A stretch of 19,593 bases of DNA, from NCBI GenBank assembly GCA_050012255.1, contig JBEKHN010000027.1:1-19593 (forward strand), in the 5' to 3' direction. Shown in pieces: positions 1 to 7,050 of the stretch. The notes under the pieces are model-generated. The model worked only from the letters and a program-made list of their open reading frames with translations, was not told where the DNA came from and did not search any database. This DNA comes from Candidatus Bathyarchaeia archaeon (lineage in GTDB: Archaea > Thermoproteota > Bathyarchaeia > Bathyarchaeales > Bathycorpusculaceae). Position numbers and translations under genes: made by a program. Numbering within the stretch: the stretch's first letter is position 1; every line of letters begins with the position of its first letter.

Positions 1-75
1 ATCCGACAGGCAATCAAAGTAAACAGTAAGTTTTTCGAAGCATTGAACAAATGGATGGAGAGCATAAGAACTTAG
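1..75 (+). CDS. 3' end of an unidentified gene (partial, enters from left edge)
   Basis: Frame 1 is open from the window edge (IRQAIKVNSKFFEALNKWMESIRT) to TAG at 73-75; protein-like, but too short to identify. Confidence 0.45.
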   Translation: MRQAIKVNSKFFEALNKWMESIRT

Positions 76-99
76 GCAGTCGGCAGAAAGCGTAGTCTA

Positions 100-150
100 T
101 TTCGGTTCGGCTATAACTTTTCTGCAAAATCGAAAAACTGGCTTAACAAG
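100..150. repeat. Junction repeat family 1, copy A
   Basis: TTTCGGTTCGGCTATAACTTTTCTGCAAAATCGAAAAACTGGCTT; 100-131 matches 2334-2365 at 31/32 positions. Confidence 0.85.
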
Positions 151-193
151 ACCGATAGAGAATAGTCCAGCACAAAAACATGCGTGTGCCATC

Positions 194-1024
194 TCAAGCT
201 TTGGTAAGAAAACTCAATATAGCCTCATTGAATTCTCTTGGAGTTTCCATGTTTGACAGGTGTCCCGCTCCTTTCAGGGTCATTCTCTTAGAATTTTGTA
301 TCTTCTCACTCAGGATGTCAGCAATTCTGTGAAAATCTGGCAAGTCACGCTCACCCACGATAATGAGGGTCGGAACTTTAATCTCCTGAAGTCGTTCTAT
401 TGCGGGCGGGTCTAAAGAGCGTAGTGGGTCGGGGTTGACAAAGTGCCAGCCAGAGTAGTCAGAAATCATTTGTTTGAGTCGAAAAGCCACGTTTGGCTTC
501 TCGCAAGCTGGTTTAAATATGAGGCAATTCTTCCACATGTCTTTTGCTGCCTCTACGCCCTTTTCTTTAGCTTCTTTCCAGAGAGATTCCATCAATTCTC
601 TATAGGTCTTTGACCAATCTTGAAACCCTCCAAGAATGGAATCAACAAGTATGAGAGCCTTAGTCACTTCTGGATATTCAAGAGTGAAATCAAGAGCAAT
701 TCCGCCGCCCATAGAAAGACCGACAACGCATGCGTAGTCAATCCCCAATTGATTCAGAAGGGCTTTCAAATCCTTCGTGTGGCTGTATTCTTCCCCGATT
801 GTTGGAAGTGTTGACTTGCCAAAGCCACGCACATCGTAACGCACCACTTTGAAACGTTTTGCAAAGACCTCAAGCTGATCATCCCACATTTTAGAATTAA
901 GGGACCGTCCGTGAACAAGCACTAACGGGTGCCCACTGCCAACTATCCCGTAGTAAAGTCTAGTGTCATTCACTTCTGCAAAACCCTTGTCTACCAAACG
1001 CCAGACACTCAAACGAGTTAGCAA
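194..1024 (-). CDS. Alpha/beta fold hydrolase
   Basis: LVLVHG oxyanion motif, YDVRGFGKS, GLSMGG nucleophile elbow, GERD acid and GAGH catalytic His; true start may be TTG at 997 (MVDKGFAEVN). Confidence 0.93.
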   Translation of the reverse strand: MLTRLSVWRLVDKGFAEVNDTRLYYGIVGSGHPLVLVHGRSLNSKMWDDQLEVFAKRFKVVRYDVRGFGKSTLPTIGEEYSHTKDLKALLNQLGIDYACVVGLSMGGGIALDFTLEYPEVTKALILVDSILGGFQDWSKTYRELMESLWKEAKEKGVEAAKDMWKNCLIFKPACEKPNVAFRLKQMISDYSGWHFVNPDPLRSLDPPAIERLQEIKVPTLIIVGERDLPDFHRIADILSEKIQNSKRMTLKGAGHLSNMETPREFNEAILSFLTKA

Positions 1025-1044
1025 TGCCCATTCTGTTATATTTT

Positions 1045-1088
1045 AGCTTATGGCTTTTCCGCAAAACCAAAAACTGACTTTCTTCAAG
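1045..1088. repeat. Junction repeat family 1, copy B
   Basis: AGCTTATGGCTTTTCCGCAAAACCAAAAACTGACTTTCTTCAAG; its right end contains the TGA stop of the GNAT at 1084. Confidence 0.85.
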
Positions 1089-1620
1089 CAGTCTTTGTTA
1101 GTATTCTTGGTTCTTTCCATTCTTCTCGGAGAATGCTGAACATGAACATGTCTGTCCATTCTCCTCTGCAGAAGTAGCACTTTCGCATTGTTCCTTCTCT
1201 CTTAAACCCAACCTTTTCCAGAATCTTCTGAGAAATCACATTCTTGGTGTGAGTCGTTGCTACTATTCGAACAATGTCCTTTGAAAGGAAAAGATAGTCC
1301 ACCATTAGCTGAGCAGCTTCAGCGCAATAGCCTTTTCCTCTTTCACTTGGAACGAGACCATAGGCCAGTTCAAGCATATTCATATAAGTATTAAGAAAGT
1401 TGAAATGCATAATCCAACCAATTTTGCTTCCGTCTTTCTTCTCAATGATAAAATGCTTCGTTTCGAGAACAGTACTCTCTAGGAACCTCTCCATCCCTGC
1501 CCTAGTACCCTGTGTTGGAGAGAAATATTCAGCAAAGTCTGGGTTACTCCACCAGTCCACAAGAAATGGCACGTCCTCTTTCTCCGCTACCCTCAGGTTC
1601 ACATTCATGCCTTCAAGCAA
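1084..1620 (-). CDS. GNAT N-acetyltransferase, RimJ/RimL family
   Basis: VNLRVAEKED start, ERGKGY acetyl-CoA motif, N-x-x-S-x-x-x-LEKVGFKREG, C-terminal SILREEW. Confidence 0.93.
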   Translation of the reverse strand: MLEGMNVNLRVAEKEDVPFLVDWWSNPDFAEYFSPTQGTRAGMERFLESTVLETKHFIIEKKDGSKIGWIMHFNFLNTYMNMLELAYGLVPSERGKGYCAEAAQLMVDYLFLSKDIVRIVATTHTKNVISQKILEKVGFKREGTMRKCYFCRGEWTDMFMFSILREEWKEPRILTKTA

Positions 1621-1654
1621 TCAACGTCACCACTCAAAACGATAAGAGCAGTCC

Positions 1655-1698
1655 AGCTTTAACTCTTCCGCAAAACCAAAAAACTGGCTTTCTTCAAG
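1655..1698. repeat. Junction repeat family 1, copy C (left arm likely BRE/TATA promoter of the GNAT on the minus strand)
   Basis: AGCTTTAACTCTTCCGCAAAACCAAAAAACTGGCTTTCTTCAAG; about 36 nt upstream of the TTG start at 1620. Confidence 0.85.
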
Positions 1699-1725
1699 AG
1701 GCGTGCTTTCAAGGCAAATGAGCAA

Positions 1726-2307
1726 TCAAAAGATTATCTTGGTTGCTTCATATTTATCTCTAACAATTTCTTTTGCCTCAGGGATTAGTTTGCTCCAACT
1801 TCGGTTCAATTTATCCCTCAACCATTTCGTACCTTCATCTATATCCATTCCAAGTCTAACAAAAACAAAGTAAAGAAGTGCAGGTATTCGGTCAAAGTGT
1901 GCCATCGCATCGGCACTTGCAACGCATTTTGCGTCTAGAGTTTCTCTGTTAATTGCCTTACTCCCTCTGTGGGAATAAATACAATGCTTGACTTTTTCGA
2001 TTTTTTCTTGCGGATACTTGAACCTTTTCAGAATCTTTTCCGCCTCTTCAGCACCGAGCGAGTGGTGGTTCTCATAGTTGTCTCTATCCTTAATGCCTGC
2101 AATGTCGTGTAGCAAGGCTGCAATTTCCACGATTTCTTCATCAGCATGCAATTTCCTCGCAAGAAACTTACCATATCTTACAACAGAAAGAATATGATAA
2201 GTCCAAATCTCGTCGCCGAAAGTGTTTGTATCCTTTTTGCATTCTTCTTCGACAAGTTTTCTAATCTTCTCAACAATCCTCGAATCCATATTCCTGCCCT
2301 CAAGCAA
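1726..2307 (-). CDS. HD-domain metal-dependent phosphohydrolase
   Basis: YHILSV...AALLHDIA...HHSLGA...SHRG...ADA HD motifs. Start placed at TTG 2307 (MLEGRNMD) or ATG 2289; the ORF-track extension to 2421 runs through a repeat and is unlikely. Confidence 0.9.
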   Translation of the reverse strand: MLEGRNMDSRIVEKIRKLVEEECKKDTNTFGDEIWTYHILSVVRYGKFLARKLHADEEIVEIAALLHDIAGIKDRDNYENHHSLGAEEAEKILKRFKYPQEKIEKVKHCIYSHRGSKAINRETLDAKCVASADAMAHFDRIPALLYFVFVRLGMDIDEGTKWLRDKLNRSWSKLIPEAKEIVRDKYEATKIIF

Positions 2308-2333
2308 TCCAAATAACCAATCCACACAGTCAC

Positions 2334-2381
2334 TTTCGGTTCGGCTATAACTTTTCCGCAAAATCCCCTTTTTTCTAAGAA
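2334..2381. repeat. Junction repeat family 1, copy D (hybrid: family-1 left arm plus CCCCTTTTTTCT right arm)
   Basis: TTTCGGTTCGGCTATAACTTTTCCGCAAAATCCCCTTTTTTCTAAGAA. Confidence 0.85.
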
Positions 2382-2429
2382 TGTGAACTGTGGTTCTTGT
2401 TGACGGAGTTCCGCCGCGCACGCTATTGA

Positions 2430-3413
2430 TTATTCCACCAATAGTTTTCCATTCTGTATAAGCAAGCGCTTGTCAATCTTGACGGTTGGCTGAAGGAGGA
2501 TTCCGTCTAAATGAATGTTGCTCTTCGTGTGTCCACCAGGAAATGATGTGTTGTCTCCCACGGCAATATGCACTGTTCCCAACACTTTTTCATCTTCCAA
2601 CACATTTCCTATCAGGCGAGCCTTCGGATTGGTTCCAATACCCAGCTCGGCAATGTTGTAGGCGTTCTTGTCAGCTGCTTCCAAGATGCTCTTGAGTTTG
2701 GCTGCATCAGGACCAACGAGGCTTCGCGCCCTTCCGTCTTTCACGGCAATTTTTAGTGGCTGCGTTACCGACAGCCCCAGAGCGGTATCCACGAGGTTAT
2801 CTATGACCAGAGTTCCGCTTGTTGACCCTTCAACTGGTGCTAAGGCGACTTCTCCTGCAGGCAGGTTTCCAAAGTCCCCAGGCTTGTGAATCAAGCCCGT
2901 GTCTCTCATCGGTGGGCGTTCCTTGATGCTCATTGTCAAATCTGTTCCTGAAGGAGTTGAGATAGTGACTGCTGAACACTTTTGCACAAGCGTTGCCACC
3001 TTCTCCGTCAAAGATGCTACCTTTTTGTAGTCAGCTGTAAGTCCACCGACGCTCATCATGCCTTCAGTTATGCTTGGCATGCTGGCGATTCTTGCACCTT
3101 GTTTGGACGCGTTGCGCCGAGCGTCAGTATTTGAAAGCGACATGTAAGTAGGTGCAAGCACAACGTCAGCTGCTTTCATGGCTTCGGCAACGGGCTTTGG
3201 AGGCTCATCTCCATGACGTCTAGTAGGCTCCATAATCATAATGGTTGTTTTGGCTCCTATCGATGCTGCAGAACAAGCCAGAGCCTCAGCTATCTTCAGC
3301 ATCTTTGTATCAGTGACTATTAGAACGGTTTCCTCTGGTCTGATTTTCATGCAAGTCTCAACCGCGATTCGTGCACCTTTCATCATGGACATGTTCTCAA
3401 ACAAACGAGACAC
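2430..3413 (-). CDS. Aminopeptidase, thermophilic metalloprotease (M29)-like
   Basis: GNLPAGEV, ELGIGTN, EDEKVLGTVHIAVG and HLD metal-ligand motifs. Confidence 0.88.
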   Translation of the reverse strand: MSRLFENMSMMKGARIAVETCMKIRPEETVLIVTDTKMLKIAEALACSAASIGAKTTIMIMEPTRRHGDEPPKPVAEAMKAADVVLAPTYMSLSNTDARRNASKQGARIASMPSITEGMMSVGGLTADYKKVASLTEKVATLVQKCSAVTISTPSGTDLTMSIKERPPMRDTGLIHKPGDFGNLPAGEVALAPVEGSTSGTLVIDNLVDTALGLSVTQPLKIAVKDGRARSLVGPDAAKLKSILEAADKNAYNIAELGIGTNPKARLIGNVLEDEKVLGTVHIAVGDNTSFPGGHTKSNIHLDGILLQPTVKIDKRLLIQNGKLLVE

Positions 3414-3505
3414 CTCTTCCTCACTGGGGCGTTTCTTTCACGCCAAAAACACATGGTAGGAAGTTGCTTAAAAAAGGGTGCACATCAACAGCCCGCTCGA
3501 TAGTC

Positions 3506-3554
3506 GGGATTTGAACTATCTCCAGTGGCGATGTCTCCCGAAAAGTCCACTCTT
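3506..3554. repeat. Diverged junction repeat family 2 copy
   Basis: GTGGCGATGTCTCCCGAAAAGTCCAC resembles GTGACGTCGTCTCCCGCATTTTCCAC at 13000-13025. Confidence 0.5.
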
Positions 3555-3641
3555 AGCCTGGATTTCTCGTTTTTCCCAAGAATCAACTGGTCAAACATGC
3601 TTAAAAGGACTGATAGAAGCGTCTTCTATTTCGCGGGCGTA

Positions 3642-4226
3642 TTACAGCTTTATTTCTTTTGAACTGACGACCGTTCGTTCTATGTGCAGAGACGTGTGTA
3701 CTTTCAAGATTACTTTGTTCAGAACCAGTCTATCAACAGTGTCAAAGGTGTCTATCTTGAGAGATTTCGCTTCTTTCAATGCTTGGGAATACTGTTTCGC
3801 GTCAAAGTCAACTATTTTTGGGTCTAGAGCATTGTAACCAGCGTCTTTCTTGACAAACAAGCCAATACCGATATGGGGAATATACTCGATATCTCTCCTT
3901 AGGAGAGGCGACAAAATGCCAGTGTACAGTTCATCATGCAAGGCAATTGCTTTTTCATTTCCTTTTTTCAGTAGAAGAAGCAACCAGTGGTCCCAAGATT
4001 TCGTAAAACCTCCTATTTGAATGGGGAAAGGTTTCCATTTCTTCAATACGGTTTCAACGTGCTCTGTGAATTTCTCTTCTTCTATCTCATTGGAAGGAAC
4101 TGGGAATATGAACGGTATGTGTGGTTTCCAACAATCTACGAATGAATCATATTTTCTACGAAAAGCCTCGATATTCTCCTCAGTCTTCCTTTCAAACTTC
4201 GGATAATGAACCAACGAGTAATGCAT
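3642..4226 (-). CDS. 2H phosphoesterase / 2'-5' RNA ligase-like (YjcG-like) protein
   Basis: FRRKYD...PHIPFIFP and YIPHIGIG occupy the two HxT/S motif positions of the 2H fold. Confidence 0.75.
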   Translation of the reverse strand: MHYSLVHYPKFERKTEENIEAFRRKYDSFVDCWKPHIPFIFPVPSNEIEEEKFTEHVETVLKKWKPFPIQIGGFTKSWDHWLLLLLKKGNEKAIALHDELYTGILSPLLRRDIEYIPHIGIGLFVKKDAGYNALDPKIVDFDAKQYSQALKEAKSLKIDTFDTVDRLVLNKVILKVHTSLHIERTVVSSKEIKL

Positions 4227-4286
4227 AATAAAAGAATATGATGGCGACCTTCCTTTTTAAAACCCTAGCACAAGAGGTCTTTCGAA

Positions 4287-4328
4287 AGCTATAGCTCTTC
4301 TGCAGAATCGGAGACTGGCCCTCTTCAA
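4287..4328. repeat. Junction repeat family 1, copy F
   Basis: AGCTATAGCTCTTCTGCAGAATCGGAGACTGGCCCTCTTCAA; includes the TGA stop of the GNAT at 4325. Confidence 0.75.
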
Positions 4329-4867
4329 ATGGTTTTTGTCAATATCTTCGGTTCTTTCCATTCTTCTCTCAGAATGCTGAAGATGGCAAAGTCTGACCAT
4401 TCTCCTCGAATGTGGAAACATTTCCGCATTACGCCCTCTTTTTTGAAGCCTACCCTTTCCAAAACTCTCTGTGAAGCAACATTCTTTACAAGCGTAAGGG
4501 CTTGAATGCGAGGAGCTTCTTTGCCGAGGAACAGATAGTCCACCATTAACTGTGCAGCTTCGGTCCCGTAGCCCTTTCCCCTCTCACTTGGCATCAAAGC
4601 GTAGCCTATCTCCAGCAGTTTCCCAACGGGGCTTAACATGTTGAAATGAGATATGGTGCCGATTTTGGTTCCATCTTTCTTCTCTATAATGAATCTCTTT
4701 GATTCGTAGGGATTAGGTTCCAAAAATGCCTTTTCTGTTTCTGTCATAGACCTCTGAATTGGGAAGAGAGCTTCGCCCAAGAATTCTGGATCGTTATACC
4801 ATTCTGCAAAAAGCAGCAAATCCTCTTTCTCCATAATCCTCAGGTTCACATTCTTGCCTTCAAGCAA
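4325..4867 (-). CDS. GNAT N-acetyltransferase, RimJ/RimL family (paralog of 1084-1620)
   Basis: MLEGKNVNLR, ERGKGYGTEAAQLMVDYLFL, NVASQRVLERVGFKKEG, SILREEWKEPKILTK. Confidence 0.93.
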   Translation of the reverse strand: MLEGKNVNLRIMEKEDLLLFAEWYNDPEFLGEALFPIQRSMTETEKAFLEPNPYESKRFIIEKKDGTKIGTISHFNMLSPVGKLLEIGYALMPSERGKGYGTEAAQLMVDYLFLGKEAPRIQALTLVKNVASQRVLERVGFKKEGVMRKCFHIRGEWSDFAIFSILREEWKEPKILTKTI

Positions 4868-4896
4868 TCAGCGCCACCAGTCTACTTGTTTAACCA

Positions 4897-4931
4897 GGTT
4901 CAACTATAACTTTTCCGCAAAAGCGCGCGCT
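4897..4931. repeat. Junction repeat family 1, copy G, fused to an AGCGCGCGCT palindrome
   Basis: GGTTCAACTATAACTTTTCCGCAAAAGCGCGCGCT; about 36 nt upstream of the TTG start at 4867. Confidence 0.8.
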
Positions 4932-5199
4932 CCCTCAACGGTCGCGCTCCACCAAAAAAACAGAAAAACACTCACAACCTAACCAAACGAAAACGAGAAC
5001 AACCAACACAAGCACCAAAACCATCAACATCAGAATGACACAACTTACACTAGCAAAATAGCATCTGCGGTTAACCTCAAGAAAATAAACATCACTTCGA
5101 ACAAAATGCTCACAAACCTCATAAGCGCGCGCTTGCTTCTCTTCAAAACCTCAACTCGTTTTCGATGAACACAAGAAAAAAGAGGATAGTTGGAGTTCA

Positions 5200-5478
5200 C
5201 TATTCTTTTTTGCTTTCAGCCTCTATGCCAAGCAAATGCTTGGCGACCACTAGATGCATATGGGGAACTACAGCATGCAGACTAGCAAAGATTGCCAGCA
5301 ATAACCAAATCATTGGTTGTAGGCCAAGGGTGGTGTTCAAAGCGTCACCAGTGATTCCTAACGCAGCGAATAGAAAGCTAAAATACTGACCAACGCTACC
5401 AGCTAATGCACATCTTCTAATCTCAGCTATTACGTGCTCACGGTTCTTGAAAGGTTGCTGTTCTAAACGGGTTGCCAT
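5200..5478 (-). CDS. Small hypothetical membrane protein
   Basis: 92 aa, two hydrophobic segments, GGAGG upstream of ATG. Confidence 0.75.
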   Translation of the reverse strand: MATRLEQQPFKNREHVIAEIRRCALAGSVGQYFSFLFAALGITGDALNTTLGLQPMIWLLLAIFASLHAVVPHMHLVVAKHLLGIEAESKKE

Positions 5479-5653
5479 ATTGGATATCGCCTCCCTTTTC
5501 TTCCTAACAATAGCAGAATGTCAATAGCTTTCTTGCCCAGCGAATTGTATTAAAGACTTGGGAGAGGTATCAAAAGAAGACAGGAATCTGGGTTTAGCTC
5601 GCGGGAAAGAGCATATAAAAAAGGGATATTCGATATTGCGTATGTCTGGAAAG

Positions 5654-5974
5654 CTACTTAGTCGTCTCTGCGAGGATTTTCCATGCCTCTCTTGTGGCTG
5701 CCTTTCCCTTTTCCCAGGGGATTATCTCCTGTATCTCGAATTCTTCGAAGGGTATGAACATGCACACGTCTCGCAGGACAGTTGTGGATTCTCCTTCGCC
5801 GATTGCGTATCCTGATTTCCCGTCTAGAAACCATCCGAACTCTTTTATTTCGCCCGTTTTCATGAGCTTGTCTATGCCCGCCCACATCGTTTCCATGAGC
5901 TTTGCGGTTTCTTTAAGGTCTTTAGGCCATGGTGCTACGGGATTTCTGTGCCATAGTATCAAAAATCTTGCCAT
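5654..5974 (-). CDS. Hypothetical protein, possibly DUF3303/muconolactone-isomerase-like alpha+beta barrel
   Basis: 106 aa, GGTGG upstream, TATA-like element about 38 nt upstream; family assignment by resemblance only. Confidence 0.7.
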   Translation of the reverse strand: MARFLILWHRNPVAPWPKDLKETAKLMETMWAGIDKLMKTGEIKEFGWFLDGKSGYAIGEGESTTVLRDVCMFIPFEEFEIQEIIPWEKGKAATREAWKILAETTK

Positions 5975-6142
5975 TCAAAACCACCCGTTTACGATTATCT
6001 GTTCGTAAGCGTATAGCTCTTTTGGTAGTTCAATTCTTGAGCGCGCGCTAGACTTGTCCCTTTGTTATGCGTGCGCACTTGAACAGCCCGCACGGCTCCC
6101 TATCCAACATGAACAGCTTTACTGTTTTCAATGATGCTCGTT

Positions 6143-6180
6143 AAGTGTATATGCAAAGTGTATATGCAAAATGTATATGC
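6143..6180. repeat. Triple tandem 13-bp repeat AAGTGTATATGCA
   Basis: Copies at 6143-6155, 6156-6168 and 6169-6180 (third imperfect), between divergent genes. Confidence 0.9.
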
Positions 6181-6273
6181 TTTTAATTATGCGCTTTTTG
6201 CGAATTTAACGACAAGCCAGCGCGCTGCAGCGAAAAAGACGAAGTAGCTATATAGCGCAGTGGTGATGAGGGT

Positions 6274-7050
6274 TTGAGACAGCCTATGGACGGAATAATG
6301 CTCGAGTCGGTGACGAAATCCTTCGGCGACAACGTGGCCGTAAAAGACCTGACACTGTCCGTGTTGCCGGGTAAGGTTCATGGTCTTCTCGGTCCCAACG
6401 GGTCAGGGAAAAGCACAACGATGAAGATGGTCATGAGCATAGTCAAGCCTGATTACGGCAAGATCAGCCTCTGCGGCATAGATGTGCTGCGGCAACCCAT
6501 CGAGGCGAAAAGACTCGTGGGCTACGTCCCAGAAATGCCGTATCTTTACGATTACCTGACGGCTTCAGAGTACCTGGACTTCGTAGGCACAGCGTACGGC
6601 ATCGACCTGAAGACCAGGCGAGAGAAGGTTGATGAGCTGCTTAAGGCGCTGCAGATGAGCGAACACGTGAATGAAGTCATGAGCGGCTTCTCCCAAGGAA
6701 TGAAGCAGAAAATAGCAATCACAGCGGCTCTTCTTCACCATCCACGTGCCCTCGTTCTGGACGAAGCGTTGAACGGTTTAGACCCTAGGTCAGCCAAGAT
6801 CGTTAAGGATGTCCTTCAGCGCCTAGCCGGCGAAGGCGTCTCAATTCTCTTCAGTACGCACGTTCTCGAAATTGCAGAGGCCATGTGCAGCAGGATCACC
6901 ATCATGAACGAGGGAAGCATCATCGCCGAGGGAACGGTGCAGGAACTGAGATCAAAGGCTGGGATGCCCGGTTCGACGCTGGAAGACACTTTCCTGAAGC
7001 TAACCGGCAGCGAAGACACCGAGAAGATCGTTGAGGCATTGAAGCTTTGA
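6274..7050 (+). CDS. ABC-2 type exporter ATP-binding protein
   Basis: Walker A GPNGSGKST, signature FSQGMKQ, Walker B LVLDE, H-loop STH. Confidence 0.96.
   Translation: MRQPMDGIMLESVTKSFGDNVAVKDLTLSVLPGKVHGLLGPNGSGKSTTMKMVMSIVKPDYGKISLCGIDVLRQPIEAKRLVGYVPEMPYLYDYLTASEYLDFVGTAYGIDLKTRREKVDELLKALQMSEHVNEVMSGFSQGMKQKIAITAALLHHPRALVLDEALNGLDPRSAKIVKDVLQRLAGEGVSILFSTHVLEIAEAMCSRITIMNEGSIIAEGTVQELRSKAGMPGSTLEDTFLKLTGSEDTEKIVEALKL

Noticed and set aside
194-215. Hydrolase C-terminus LTKA* as a captured GNAT tail (LTKTA*)
   Set aside because: DNA similarity is too short and weak, and the stop is not adjacent to the repeat arm; could be chance.
2308-2421. N-terminal extension of the HD ORF given in the ORF track
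   Set aside because: It runs through the junction repeat and promoter; not protein-like.
3499-3520. tRNA fragment (GTTCAAATCCC on the minus strand) as attachment site
   Set aside because: No T-stem pairing, acceptor stem or cloverleaf; only a small GATAGT/ACTATC hairpin.
100-4931. Classical integron attC array
   Set aside because: The repeats lack extended dyad symmetry and paired RYYYAAC/GTTRRRY boxes; copies at 1045 and 4287 lack GTT on the gene strand; no intI in the window.
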